64,000 nucleotides of DNA from an uncultured Pelagibacteraceae bacterium (GCA_902613915.1 CACMJB010000003.1:15214-79213); one strand, 5' to 3'. Numbered from the stretch's first letter, positions 1 to 9,775 are shown. Translations and numbers: made by a program. The notes: generated by a model not told the origin, from the letters alone.

Positions 1-1
1 T

Positions 2-154
2 ATTTGGATAAATGATTTAAAAAATAAGACTTCTAATATTACCGAAGAACAGGGTGTAATATACACTGGGAACCCAAAAATTCTTAAAGAAATATGTCCT
101 GGTGTTTTTGGAATAATTAAACCGGTTGGTTATTGCATGATTGGAAAAAGATGA
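2..154 (+). CDS. 3' end of an upstream CDS entering from the left edge (function not recognisable)
   Basis: Frame 2 is open from the window edge to TGA at 152-154. The stop overlaps the ATG at 151 of the next gene (ATGA), a coupling pattern seen throughout the window. Only about 50 codons are visible and no motif is recognised. Confidence 0.4.
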   Translation: MWINDLKNKTSNITEEQGVIYTGNPKILKEICPGVFGIIKPVGYCMIGKR

Positions 155-1023
155 AAAGAATTATTATCTTAATTCCTGTTTTTAATGATTGGGAGTCATT
201 GAACAAACTCTTAGGTGAGATTAATGAAAATATTCAATCTTTTAAAGAAATTAATTTTGAATGTTTAATTGTTAATGATGCATCTACAATTCAACCTACA
301 GAATTAAAAAAACCAAGTAATTTTTGGTCTATTGAGCTTTTAAACATGAAAGAGAATAGGGGTCATGCTAGATGCAATGCATTTGGTATCAGGTATGTTT
401 TTAAAAATAAAGAATTTGATAATTTGATATTAATGGATGGAGATGGTGAAGATAGGCCAGAAGAGATTAAAAGTCTTATTGAAAAAGTAAAAGAAGATCC
501 AAGTTCATCGGTAGTTGCAAAAAGAGTAAAAAGATCTGAAGGAGCTCTTTTCAGACTACTATATCAAATTCATAAATTCATTACATTTGTATTCACTGGA
601 CAAAATATTAACTTTGGAAATTATAGTTTGCTAACAAGAAATGATGTTGAGAAACTCCACACCAAAACAAGTTTGTGGAGCAGTTTTTCTGGAAGTGTTA
701 AAAAAAATCTTAAACCTTTAAATGAAATAAATTCAATTAGAGGGCAAAGATATTTTGGTCCATCTCAAATGTCTTTATTAAAACTTATAATACACTCACT
801 TTCTATTATAGCAGTTTTTAAATATCAGGTTTTCTTAAGATCTACTTTAATGTTAATTACATTAGTATTCTTAAATTCTTATTTAGGAATTCTTTCTATA
901 TTTTTTCAAATATTCATCGTGATTTTCAATCTTTTAATTTTTATAGTTTCTCAAAGAGAAAAAGAAAAAGATTTACTCAACAGCCACAATAATCTTGCTG
1001 ACTTAAAAAAGATTACGCACTAA
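151..1023 (+). CDS. Family 2 glycosyltransferase with C-terminal membrane anchor (polyprenyl-phosphate sugar transferase-like)
   Basis: GT-A/GT2 hallmarks: 'IIILIPVFNDWESL', 'VNDAST' and DxD-like 'MDGDGED'. The last ~70 aa are hydrophobic ('LMLITLVFLNSYLGILSIFFQIFIVIFNLLIFIV'). The track start at 133 is a TTG; the ATG at 151 overlapping the upstream stop is more likely. Confidence 0.8.
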   Translation: MKRIIILIPVFNDWESLNKLLGEINENIQSFKEINFECLIVNDASTIQPTELKKPSNFWSIELLNMKENRGHARCNAFGIRYVFKNKEFDNLILMDGDGEDRPEEIKSLIEKVKEDPSSSVVAKRVKRSEGALFRLLYQIHKFITFVFTGQNINFGNYSLLTRNDVEKLHTKTSLWSSFSGSVKKNLKPLNEINSIRGQRYFGPSQMSLLKLIIHSLSIIAVFKYQVFLRSTLMLITLVFLNSYLGILSIFFQIFIVIFNLLIFIVSQREKEKDLLNSHNNLADLKKITH

Positions 1024-1151
1024 AAGTTGTAATAAGAGTCTCAAATAGAATCAAAAAGGAATCAAAACGTGAACATTTGTATGTGATTTTGACGTATTGT
1101 GGATAAGAATAAAGATGCGTAATGTAAGAAAAATTTTAGAAAGGATATCTG

Positions 1152-1514
1152 ATGCAAAAATTAAAATGCCATTGCGGGGCAATCGAAGCAGAAATAAATA
1201 CCACGGGAAATTTTGATAAAACTTTGCGATGTAATTGCTCATTTTGTAAAAGAAGAGGAGCAGTAATGTCTATGGTAAAAAATGAGGAATTTAAAACAGT
1301 AAAAGGTAAAGATAAATTAAAGCTGTATCAATTTCATTCAAAAGTTGCAAAACACTATTTTTGTTCAGTATGTGGAGTTTATACACATCACAACCCTAGA
1401 TCTAATCCAGCAATGACAGGTTTTAATTTAGGCTGCATTGATGAAATAAATATTTTTGATCTTAAAAATATTGCAGTTATTGATGGTCAGAATCATCCAT
1501 TAGATAAAAAATAA
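1152..1514 (+). CDS. GFA/CENP-V family zinc-binding protein (glutathione-dependent formaldehyde-activating enzyme-like)
   Basis: Characteristic Cys pattern: 'CHCGAIE', 'CNCSFCKRRG', 'FCSVCG'. Length 120 aa. AAAGGA lies 8 nt upstream of the ATG. Confidence 0.8.
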   Translation: MQKLKCHCGAIEAEINTTGNFDKTLRCNCSFCKRRGAVMSMVKNEEFKTVKGKDKLKLYQFHSKVAKHYFCSVCGVYTHHNPRSNPAMTGFNLGCIDEINIFDLKNIAVIDGQNHPLDKK

Positions 1515-1518
1515 AAGA

Positions 1519-2436
1519 ATGGAAGATAAGTGTTTTAATTATCATAAAGTAAAAAAAAAATATTTAAAATTTCTTTATTCACAGGAAGTTATGTCTGAGC
1601 CATTTAGAGATAAATTAGGACAATTAAATAAGTTTTATTTACCAATAAGTAAAATGATTGCAGAAGATTATCTTAAGAAAAAAAAAACAAAAGTAATTGG
1701 CTTAACTGGAGGCCAAGGAACTGGAAAATCAACAATTTCTAATATCTTAAAAATAATATTAAAAGAGGCTTATAAATTAGAAACAGTAATATTTTCAATT
1801 GATGATTTTTATAAAACTTTAAAAGAGAGAAAAAAAATTTCAAAAAAAATAAGCTCTTTATTTCTAACAAGAGGCGTACCCGGTACTCATGATACTAAAA
1901 TGTTGCTTCATTGCATAAAAAATTTAAAAAACAATAATTTTAAAAGAATGATTATTCCTAGGTTTGATAAGTCCGTCGATGATAGATGTATAAAAAAAAA
2001 ATGGTCAAAAGTTAAAAAAAAACCAAATATAGTTATCTTTGAAGGATGGTGCGTTGGTGCAAAAGCACAGAAAAATAAAGATTTAAATACTCCTGTAAAT
2101 AAACTAGAAAAGCAGAAAGATAATAAAAAAGTTTGGAGACAAAAAGTAAATTCAGAGCTTAAAAAAAATTATAATAAAATTTTTAATTTGATAGATAAGT
2201 TAATTTTTTTAAAAGTGCCTAGTTTTAAATATGTTTTTAAATGGAGATTATTGCAAGAAAAAAAATTAAGAATTGCTGGCAAGGGAAGTAAAATTATGAA
2301 TGATAAGCAAATAAAAAATTTCGTGATGTATTACGAGAGGATAACAAAACATATGTTAAAAACTCTTCCAAAAACTGCTGATACAGTAATAGGCATTGAT
2401 GAAAAACACAGACTCAAATCAATTAAGTTTAATTAA
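1519..2436 (+). CDS. P-loop kinase of the D-glycerate 3-kinase (GLYK)/uridine-kinase-like group; substrate inferred only
   Basis: Walker A 'GLTGGQGTGKST' followed in order by 'SIDDFY', 'RGVPGTHD', 'PRFDKS' and 'FEGWCVG'. From memory this is the motif order of plant/yeast-type glycerate 3-kinases. Confidence 0.65.
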   Translation: MEDKCFNYHKVKKKYLKFLYSQEVMSEPFRDKLGQLNKFYLPISKMIAEDYLKKKKTKVIGLTGGQGTGKSTISNILKIILKEAYKLETVIFSIDDFYKTLKERKKISKKISSLFLTRGVPGTHDTKMLLHCIKNLKNNNFKRMIIPRFDKSVDDRCIKKKWSKVKKKPNIVIFEGWCVGAKAQKNKDLNTPVNKLEKQKDNKKVWRQKVNSELKKNYNKIFNLIDKLIFLKVPSFKYVFKWRLLQEKKLRIAGKGSKIMNDKQIKNFVMYYERITKHMLKTLPKTADTVIGIDEKHRLKSIKFN

Positions 2437-3726
2437 ATGAAAAAATACTTACCTATAATCTTTTTATTATTTCACTCAACATTTCTTCATGCTCAAGATA
2501 ATTTAAAGTTTTTTATTGAGAAAGCTTTAGAAAATAATTTACAATTAAATGCTGAAAGAAAAAATTTTGAATCAGCAAAGCAAAGTAAAATTATTTCAAG
2601 AAGTGAATTTTTACCGAGCATTACGCTTTCAGGCGATCAAACAAGTACCACTTCTACAAACCGTACTAATCAAAGTGGCGCAAATTTAGCTGACTCTAAC
2701 TCAGATAGTGAAAGAAAAAAAATCTCAGTTGATCAAAAAATATTTTCTGGCTTTAAAGGTTTAAATACTTTTAAAAAATCTGAACTTGAAACTCAAAAAG
2801 CTAACTTATCCCTTAAAAAAGTTGAACAACAAACTATATTGGATGCTACTTCAGCATATTTTGATTTAATTTTTAAATCAAAAAATGAAGAATTTAATTC
2901 ATCCAATGTAAATTTATTTGAAAGGCAAGTAGACTCAGATAGCGCTAGACTTCAAAAAGGAGAAATCACTTTAACAGACTTAGCTCAATCTGAGTCATCT
3001 TTAGCTGGAGCGAGAGCTAATTTAATTAAAGCAAAAACCGAGCTTTTAGCGTCTAAAACAAATTTTGAGAGGGTTACTAGAGAAAAATCGCCGGACTCAA
3101 AAAGCTTAAAAGAAAGGGCATTATTAATTTTACCTAATTCTCTAAAAGAGTCTCTTATATTAGCTGAAAAAAATAATGTAGATCTTTTAATTTCAAAATT
3201 AGACTATGAAATAGCTGTTAAAGACTTAAATATTGAAAAATCAAGATTTTCTCCATCGGCATCATTGAATTACTCAAAATCTGAAAATGATGATTTCAGC
3301 TCAACTATAGATAAAACTGATGAAGAAACCGTCAAAGCGACTATTACTTGGCCTATTATTAAAGGGGGTGAAAACATCTCTTCTATAAAAAAATCTTCTT
3401 ATAATAAACAAAGATACCAATTAATATTTCAAGATACTAAAAATAGAATTAATTCTGAAATTTCTAATGCTTGGTCAAAATATCAATCCTCTAAAAGTGT
3501 ACTTGAGGCGACTAGAGCACAATTAAAAGCTGCTGAAATAGCGAATGAAGGTATTACGTTAGAGTACGACTCAGGTAACACTAGAACCACGCTTGAATTA
3601 ATTCAGTCTAGAAGTTTACTTTTAGACGCTAGAATAGCTTTCGCCAGATCAGAAAGAGACTTTATGGTGTCACAATTTGAGCTTTCTAAGCAGCTTGGCT
3701 CATTATCTATTAATTCAATTAAATAG
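2437..3726 (+). CDS. tolC: TolC-family outer membrane efflux channel
   Basis: Signal peptide 'IIFLLFHSTFLHA'. Two tandem outer-membrane-efflux-protein repeats with the usual coiled-coil-rich composition. 429 aa. The ATG follows the upstream stop directly (TAAATG). Confidence 0.85.
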   Translation: MKKYLPIIFLLFHSTFLHAQDNLKFFIEKALENNLQLNAERKNFESAKQSKIISRSEFLPSITLSGDQTSTTSTNRTNQSGANLADSNSDSERKKISVDQKIFSGFKGLNTFKKSELETQKANLSLKKVEQQTILDATSAYFDLIFKSKNEEFNSSNVNLFERQVDSDSARLQKGEITLTDLAQSESSLAGARANLIKAKTELLASKTNFERVTREKSPDSKSLKERALLILPNSLKESLILAEKNNVDLLISKLDYEIAVKDLNIEKSRFSPSASLNYSKSENDDFSSTIDKTDEETVKATITWPIIKGGENISSIKKSSYNKQRYQLIFQDTKNRINSEISNAWSKYQSSKSVLEATRAQLKAAEIANEGITLEYDSGNTRTTLELIQSRSLLLDARIAFARSERDFMVSQFELSKQLGSLSINSIK

Positions 3727-3753
3727 CTCATTTTAAGCGTATATTTTAACTTC

Positions 3754-3781
3754 TTGATAAAAAGAACAAAATGTGTACATT
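3754..3781 (+). promoter_or_regulatory. Candidate recA promoter (TTGATA-N16-TACATT) with embedded GAAC-N7-GTAC SOS-box-like element
   Basis: TTGATA at 3754-3759 and TACATT at 3776-3781. GAAC (3764-3767)-N7-GTAC (3775-3778) lies in the spacer and is one mismatch from the alphaproteobacterial LexA direct repeat GAAC-N7-GAAC. AT-rich context makes chance matches likely. Confidence 0.25.
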
Positions 3782-3818
3782 TATAGGTACGATTCGAACA
3801 ATAAAAAAAGGATAAAAA

Positions 3819-4922
3819 ATGACAAAAAATAACTTAAAAATCGTAAAAACAGACGATAAGAAACAAAAGGAATTAAAAGAGAAAAGTAAATCTTTAGAAG
3901 CAGCTATTAGCCAAATAGATCAGAATTTCGGTAAAGGTTCAGTAATGAGACTAGGGCAACAACAAGCCTTAGATGTGGAAGCCATTTCTACAGGATCATT
4001 AAGCTTAGATTTAGCGCTTGGAATAGGCGGTTTACCAAAAGGTAGAATTATTGAGATATATGGCCCAGAGTCCTCAGGGAAAACTACATTAGCTTTACAA
4101 GTAGTAGCAGAAGCTCAAAAAGCTGGTGGTATATGTGCTTTTGTAGACGCAGAGCATGCTATGGACCCTGTTTATGCTAAGAAATTAGGTGTCAAAACTG
4201 AAGAACTTTTAATTTCACAACCAGATACTGGTGAACAAGCATTAGAGATAACTGATACGTTAATTAAGTCAGGATCTATTTCTGTATTGGTAGTGGACTC
4301 AGTAGCAGCATTAACACCGAAAGCTGAATTAGAAGGTGAAATGGGAGACCATCATGTTGGATTACAATCTAGATTGATGAGTCAGGCGCTTAGAAAAATC
4401 ACTGGTTCAGTTTCTAAATCTAATACAATGGTAATATTCATTAACCAAATTAGAATGAAAATAGGAGTAATGTTTGGTAACCCAGAAACAACATCTGGAG
4501 GAAATGCACTTAAATTTTATTCATCCGTAAGAATGGACATTAGAAGAATAGGTGCAATTAAAGAAAAAGATCAAATTATTGGTAACTCAACAAGAGTTAA
4601 AGTAATTAAGAATAAAGTAGCTCCACCATTTAAAGTAGTTGAGTTTGATTTAATGTATGGAAAAGGGATCAGTAAACTTGGTGAGTTAATTGATTTAGGT
4701 ACTAAAGCGGGGGTGGTAGAAAAATCTGGCGCTTGGTACGCATACAAAGGTGAAAAAATTGGACAGGGTAGGGAAAATGCAAAAGTTTACCTACAAAAAA
4801 ACCCTAACATAGCAGCAGAAATAGAAAAAGTGATCAGAGATCAAGCTAATGCTATCAGCAAAGAGCTAGAGGGAAATCCATCACCAAACGAAAAAATTAG
4901 CGATAAAAAAGAGGAAGAATAA
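3819..4922 (+). CDS. recA: Recombinase RecA
   Basis: '[15 protein letters not shown]' (Walker A), 'VVDSVAAL' and '[28 protein letters not shown]' are near-consensus RecA. Confidence 0.98.
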   Translation: MTKNNLKIVKTDDKKQKELKEKSKSLEAAISQIDQNFGKGSVMRLGQQQALDVEAISTGSLSLDLALGIGGLPKGRIIEIYGPESSGKTTLALQVVAEAQKAGGICAFVDAEHAMDPVYAKKLGVKTEELLISQPDTGEQALEITDTLIKSGSISVLVVDSVAALTPKAELEGEMGDHHVGLQSRLMSQALRKITGSVSKSNTMVIFINQIRMKIGVMFGNPETTSGGNALKFYSSVRMDIRRIGAIKEKDQIIGNSTRVKVIKNKVAPPFKVVEFDLMYGKGISKLGELIDLGTKAGVVEKSGAWYAYKGEKIGQGRENAKVYLQKNPNIAAEIEKVIRDQANAISKELEGNPSPNEKISDKKEEE

Positions 4923-4939
4923 TCCTCTGCCATCATTTT

Positions 4940-4965
4940 AAACGGGAAGCTTTCGCTTCCCGTTT
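4940..4965 (+). terminator. Stem-loop downstream of recA (likely intrinsic terminator)
   Basis: AAACGGGAAGC-TTTC-GCTTCCCGTTT: perfect 11-bp stem with a GC-rich core and 4-nt loop, 18 nt after the recA stop. The T-tract is short (the GTTT is partly inside the stem). It is one of only two GC-rich hairpins I found in the window. Confidence 0.7.
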
Positions 4966-5087
4966 CCCAAACAACTTCAAATTGATCTAATCAACATTTA
5001 GTAGTTCGCGAGAAACGCGACTAAATTAATCGTAGACAAGTTAGTCCATATTGGTTCTAATTAGTAATAGGAACAAAAGGGGGAAAA

Positions 5088-6641
5088 ATGAGTACACAAC
5101 AAGCAACAAGCTCGAAAGTGTCTTCATCTTTGGATACCTCTCATTTGAAGGTTAAATTTCCATTTAAAGCTAAATATGGAAACTACATTAACGGAAAATT
5201 TGTAGAACCTAAATCTGGAAAGTATTTTGATAATACTTCTCCTATCACTAATGAAGTTATCTGTAAGGTGCCACGATCGAACGAGAAAGACGTTGATTTT
5301 GCTCTAGACGCAGCTCACGCAGCATTTCCTGCATGGGGAACAACATCAATTGGAGAGAGATCAAATATTCTCTTAAAGATTGCTGATGTTATTGAGAAAA
5401 ATCTTAACGTTTTAGCTACAGCAGAATGTTTAGACAATGGTAAGCCTATAAGAGAATGTATGGCTGCAGATTTACCTTTGGTAATTGATCATTGGAGATA
5501 TTTTGCAGGAGTAATAAGAGCAGAGGAAGGTTCAGTTGCGGAAATAAGCAATAGTGAATATTCTTACCACATACCTGAACCATTAGGTGTGGTAGGACAG
5601 ATAATACCATGGAACTTTCCATTATTAATGGCAACATGGAAACTTGCACCAGCTTTGGCTGCAGGAAACTGTGTTGTATTAAAACCAGCTGAACAAACGC
5701 CAGCATCAATCATGTTGTTAATGGAACTAATTGGAGATCTATTACCAGCAGGTGTTGTCAACGTTGTAAGCGGATATGGTCTTGAAGCAGGAAAACCACT
5801 TGCATCTTCTAAAAGAATTAAGAAGATAGCTTTTACTGGTGAAACTACTACTGGACGTTTGATTATGCAGTACGCATCTCAAAACTTAATTCCAATCACT
5901 TTAGAATTAGGCGGAAAATCACCAAACATTTTCTTTGAAGATGTTTTGGCTAAAGATGACGACTTCTTTGACAAATGTTTAGAGGGTTTTGCTATGTTTA
6001 CGCTTAACCAGGGAGAAGTTTGTACTTGTCCAAGTAGAGCTCTAATTCAGGAATCTATTTATGATAAATTTATGGAAAGAGCTATTGCAAGAACGAAAGC
6101 TGTAAAACAAGACAATCCTTTAAAAATGGAAACTATGATTGGAGCTCAAGCCTCACTAGAACAAATGGAAAAAATAAAATCTTACTTAGATCTAGGTAAG
6201 AAAGAAGGTGCCAAAGTTCTTTGTGGTGGTAGCGCAGCTAAAATTAATAGCGGATTAGAAAAAGGAAACTATATCCAACCAACTATCTTTGAAGGTAAAA
6301 ACAATATGCGAATATTCCAAGAAGAAATCTTTGGACCTGTAGTATCAGTTACTAAGTTTAAAGATGAAAAAGAAGCATTAGAAATAGCTAATGACACTCT
6401 TTATGGACTTGGAGCAGGTGTTTGGACTAGAGATGGTAACGTTGCATACAGAATGGGTAGAGGTATACAAGCAGGTAGAGTTTGGACGAACTGCTATCAT
6501 GCATACCCAGCTCACGCTGCATTTGGCGGATACAAACAATCTGGTATCGGAAGAGAAACTCACAAAATGATGTTAAATCATTACAGACAAGTAAAGAACT
6601 TACACGTGTCATATAGTGAGAAAAAATTAGGCTTCTTTTAA
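5088..6641 (+). CDS. NAD(P)+-dependent aldehyde dehydrogenase (acetaldehyde dehydrogenase-like, ALDH superfamily)
   Basis: ALDH motifs 'ELGGKSP', '[11 protein letters not shown]' (catalytic Cys) and 'EEIFGPV'. 517 aa. Unusually strong SD (AAAGGGGGAAAAATG). Followed by a DUF779 gene, the usual partner of this ALDH subgroup. Confidence 0.93.
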   Translation: MSTQQATSSKVSSSLDTSHLKVKFPFKAKYGNYINGKFVEPKSGKYFDNTSPITNEVICKVPRSNEKDVDFALDAAHAAFPAWGTTSIGERSNILLKIADVIEKNLNVLATAECLDNGKPIRECMAADLPLVIDHWRYFAGVIRAEEGSVAEISNSEYSYHIPEPLGVVGQIIPWNFPLLMATWKLAPALAAGNCVVLKPAEQTPASIMLLMELIGDLLPAGVVNVVSGYGLEAGKPLASSKRIKKIAFTGETTTGRLIMQYASQNLIPITLELGGKSPNIFFEDVLAKDDDFFDKCLEGFAMFTLNQGEVCTCPSRALIQESIYDKFMERAIARTKAVKQDNPLKMETMIGAQASLEQMEKIKSYLDLGKKEGAKVLCGGSAAKINSGLEKGNYIQPTIFEGKNNMRIFQEEIFGPVVSVTKFKDEKEALEIANDTLYGLGAGVWTRDGNVAYRMGRGIQAGRVWTNCYHAYPAHAAFGGYKQSGIGRETHKMMLNHYRQVKNLHVSYSEKKLGFF

Positions 6642-6656
6642 CCAATAATATATAAT

Positions 6657-6681
6657 GGCCCATGATTCAAAATCATGGGCC
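6657..6681 (+). promoter_or_regulatory. Intercistronic GC-rich stem-loop between aldehyde dehydrogenase and DUF779 genes
   Basis: GGCCCATGATT-CAA-AATCATGGGCC: perfect 11-bp stem with a 3-nt loop, starting 16 nt after the ALDH stop. No T-tract follows. It sequesters the upstream candidate ATG (6675) of the next ORF. Confidence 0.6.
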
Positions 6682-6692
6682 GAAATATTCAA

Positions 6693-7049
6693 ATGAAAGT
6701 ATCATTTACATTATCAGCAAAAAAATTACTAAGTGAAATCAAGGAAGTCCACGGAAAAGATCTTTTATTTCATCAATCAGGTGGATGCTGTGATGGAAGT
6801 GCGCCAATGTGTTTTCCAGCAAAAGAATACCAAGTTGGAAACAGCGACATAAAATTGGGAGAGGTAGATGGAACCCCTTTTTATATGAATGAAGATCAAT
6901 ATGAAAAGTGGAAGCACACAGATCTAACAATTGATGCTGTAAAAGGTATCGGAGGCATGTTTTCCCTTGATAATGGAACAGGGCAAAGATTTTTAACAAA
7001 ATCTGAAATTTGTGTTGTAGTAGACAACGATAAAAAAACTGCTAATTAA
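6693..7049 (+). CDS. DUF779 family protein
   Basis: Signature 'FHQSGGCCDGSAPMCF' and position immediately downstream of an ALDH. The start is ambiguous. The track uses ATG 6675, which lies inside the hairpin; ATG 6693 ('MKVSFTLSAKKLL') lies just outside it and fits the usual family N-terminus. Confidence 0.85.
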   Translation: MKVSFTLSAKKLLSEIKEVHGKDLLFHQSGGCCDGSAPMCFPAKEYQVGNSDIKLGEVDGTPFYMNEDQYEKWKHTDLTIDAVKGIGGMFSLDNGTGQRFLTKSEICVVVDNDKKTAN

Positions 7050-7092
7050 TCTCTTTATAGACAAGTTCTAAAATATCTGTATTTAATTAAAT

Positions 7093-9768
7093 ATGGGCCA
7101 AATTTTACTTACTGATGTTAGAAAAAAATTCTTAGATTATTTTAAAAAAAATAATCATAAGATTGTGGACTCTAGTAACTTAGTTCCAAATAATGATCCG
7201 ACATTGATGTTCACTAACTCGGGCATGGTTCAATTTAAGAATGTTTTTACTGGTTTAGAAAAAAGAAATTACAAAACAGCAACGACATCTCAAAAATGTG
7301 TAAGAGCTGGCGGAAAACATAATGATTTAGAAAACGTAGGGTACACACCAAGACACCACACTTTTTTTGAAATGCTGGGAAATTTCTCTTTTGGAGATTA
7401 TTTTAAAGAGCAGGCAATTATTCATGCTTGGAACTTGTTGACTAAAGATTTCGGATTACCTAAAGAAAAACTTTCCGTAACAGTTTTTCATGAAGATGAA
7501 GAATCATTTAAACTTTGGAAAAAAATAGCAGGCTTAAGTGATAATAAGATAATTAAAATAGCAACATCAGATAACTTTTGGTCAATGGGTGACACAGGAC
7601 CATGCGGCCCATGTTCAGAAATTTTTTACGATCATGGTGAAAAATTAAAAGGAGGACCTCCAGGAAGCCCAGATGAAGATGGAGATAGGTTTATTGAGAT
7701 ATGGAATTTAGTATTTATGCAGTACGAGCAAATAACCAAAGACAAAAGAATAAATTTACCAAAACCATCAGTAGATACTGGAATGGGTCTAGAAAGAATG
7801 ACAGCTGTCCTTCAAGGGACCCATGATAATTACAAGATCGATCACTTTAAAAAAATTATGGGTGCATCTTCCGATTTATTAAAGTCATCTTTGAATGAGT
7901 CAACTATTGCAAGTCATAGAGTTATTGCGGATCATTTAAGAGCAAGCAGTTTTTTAATTGCTGAAGGGATATTGCCCTCTAACGAAGGCCGTGGATATGT
8001 TTTAAGAAGAATCATGAGACGTGGCATGAGACATGCTCATTCTTTAGGAAGTAAGGCTCCTGTTTTTTATAAATTATTTGATATTTTATTAAGTGAAATG
8101 AAAAGCAGTTATCCTGAATTAATTACCGGTAAAGAATTAATAATTGAGACTTTAAAAAATGAAGAAGAAAAATTTTCTTCTCTTTTAGAACGAGGAATGA
8201 AAATACTTGACGAAAATTTAACTAAAGTTTCAAATAAAACTTTTCCAGGATCAACAGCATTTAAATTATATGATACTTATGGCTTCCCTTTAGATCTAAC
8301 TGCCGACATTTTAAAAGGTAAGGGAATTAAAGTAGATAATGTTGGTTTTGAAAAGGAGATGGAAAAAAGTAAAGCATTAGCCAGAGCTAACTGGAAAGGC
8401 TCAGGAGACAAGGCAGTTGAAGAAAGATGGTTTAAAATAAGAGAAAAAATAAATCCGACTGAATTTTTAGGTTATGAGTTTGATAAAGCGGAAGGTGTTG
8501 TCATTAAAATTTCAAAAGATGGCAAGTTTGTAGATTCAGCAAGCACTGGAGATGAGGTAGAAGTTATTACAAATCAAACCCCATTTTATGGAGAGTCAGG
8601 AGGTCAAGTTGGTGACCAGGGCTATATTTTTAATTCAGATTGTAAAATAAAAATTAACGATACCCAAAAAAAAATGGGTGATTTGTTTGTTCATTATGGA
8701 AAAATCGAAAAAGGCTCAATTTCAATTGGGCAAAGCGTTAATTTAGAAATAGATATTTTAAAAAGAAATAATTCTAAAGCTTATCATTCAGCAACTCATT
8801 TATTACATGAGTCATTAAGAAGAACTTTAGGAAAACATGTTACTCAAAAAGGTTCATTAGTTTCACCAGACAGGCTAAGATTTGATTTTAGCCATAATAA
8901 GCCCATTGAAAAAGATGAAATGGAAAAAATAAATAATATTGTAAACGAAATTGTAGTTGGTTCTACTGAAGTACAAACAAGAATAATGACCCCAAAAGAA
9001 GCAGTAAGTATGGGCGCATTAGCATTATTTGGTGAAAAATATGGTGAAGAAGTGAGAGTAGTTTTTATGGGAAAAGAAAATAATGGTTTTTTCTCAACAG
9101 AATTGTGTGGAGGCACTCACGTTAAAAATACAAAAGAGGTAGGCAAATTTAAAGTTATAAGTCAGTCTTCAATTGCTTCAGGAGTTAGGAGAGTTGAGGC
9201 GTTAAGAGATAAACAATTAGAAGATTATGAAAAAACGCAAAAACAAGATAAATCACAAAAAGAGTCAAATCTAAAAGATGAAATAATATTAATTAAAATG
9301 GAATTACAAAAACTTAAAATAAAGCCAGACTATAAAGATAATTTAGATTTAATTGAAAATTTAAAAAATTTAAATAAACAGCTTAACAAAGTAAAAATTG
9401 AAAACATTAAGAACGATAAAAGTAAAAATATAATACAGGACAAAAAAATTGGAGATATATTAATTCGAGAGCAAATCTTAAAAGATTTCCCTTCTAAAGA
9501 ATTAAGGGGAATTATTGATCAAGGTAAAAAAGAGATTAAATCAGGCGTCATTATAAGCATTTCTACTTTTGAGGGTAAAGTAGGAGTTGCCATAGGAGTT
9601 TCCCAAGATCTTACAACTAAATTTGATGCTGTTACACTTGTAAAGATTGCATCTGAAATTTTAGGAGGAAAAGGTGGAGGTGGAAGAAAAGACTTTGCCC
9701 AAGCTGGTGGTGTTGATCAAAGTAAAATTGAACAAGCTTTCGAGACAGTAAGAAAAAAACTTAATTAA
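7093..9768 (+). CDS. alaS: Alanine--tRNA ligase
   Basis: '[10 protein letters not shown]', '[17 protein letters not shown]' and editing-domain 'HSATHLLH' ... 'CGGTH'. 891 aa. Confidence 0.98.
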   Translation: MGQILLTDVRKKFLDYFKKNNHKIVDSSNLVPNNDPTLMFTNSGMVQFKNVFTGLEKRNYKTATTSQKCVRAGGKHNDLENVGYTPRHHTFFEMLGNFSFGDYFKEQAIIHAWNLLTKDFGLPKEKLSVTVFHEDEESFKLWKKIAGLSDNKIIKIATSDNFWSMGDTGPCGPCSEIFYDHGEKLKGGPPGSPDEDGDRFIEIWNLVFMQYEQITKDKRINLPKPSVDTGMGLERMTAVLQGTHDNYKIDHFKKIMGASSDLLKSSLNESTIASHRVIADHLRASSFLIAEGILPSNEGRGYVLRRIMRRGMRHAHSLGSKAPVFYKLFDILLSEMKSSYPELITGKELIIETLKNEEEKFSSLLERGMKILDENLTKVSNKTFPGSTAFKLYDTYGFPLDLTADILKGKGIKVDNVGFEKEMEKSKALARANWKGSGDKAVEERWFKIREKINPTEFLGYEFDKAEGVVIKISKDGKFVDSASTGDEVEVITNQTPFYGESGGQVGDQGYIFNSDCKIKINDTQKKMGDLFVHYGKIEKGSISIGQSVNLEIDILKRNNSKAYHSATHLLHESLRRTLGKHVTQKGSLVSPDRLRFDFSHNKPIEKDEMEKINNIVNEIVVGSTEVQTRIMTPKEAVSMGALALFGEKYGEEVRVVFMGKENNGFFSTELCGGTHVKNTKEVGKFKVISQSSIASGVRRVEALRDKQLEDYEKTQKQDKSQKESNLKDEIILIKMELQKLKIKPDYKDNLDLIENLKNLNKQLNKVKIENIKNDKSKNIIQDKKIGDILIREQILKDFPSKELRGIIDQGKKEIKSGVIISISTFEGKVGVAIGVSQDLTTKFDAVTLVKIASEILGGKGGGGRKDFAQAGGVDQSKIEQAFETVRKKLN

Positions 9769-9775
9769 GTTTTTT
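9754..9775. repeat. Perfect 22-bp palindrome containing both stop codons of convergent alaS and icd
   Basis: AAAAAACTTAATTAAGTTTTTT. Read on either strand it encodes K-K-L-N-stop, so AlaS ('RKKLN') and Icd ('KKKLN') share the same C-terminal peptide. The genes overlap by 8 nt. Confidence 0.9.

Noticed and set aside
133-150. The track's TTG start at 133 for the glycosyltransferase, and similar longest-ORF starts at 6675, 11684, 40340 and 46757.
   Set aside because: In each case a downstream ATG gives the ATGA/TGATG/TAATG-type coupling seen elsewhere in the window, or removes an overlap with the upstream gene, or fits the family N-terminus better. The start choices remain uncertain by a few codons.
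4966-5087. Considered whether the spacer upstream of the aldehyde dehydrogenase is a known riboswitch (glycine, SAM-type, TPP or guanidine mini-hairpins).
   Set aside because: I cannot find the conserved cores of any class I know. For example, the small hairpin loop is AGAAA, not ACGR. It is kept only as an unclassified candidate element in the findings.
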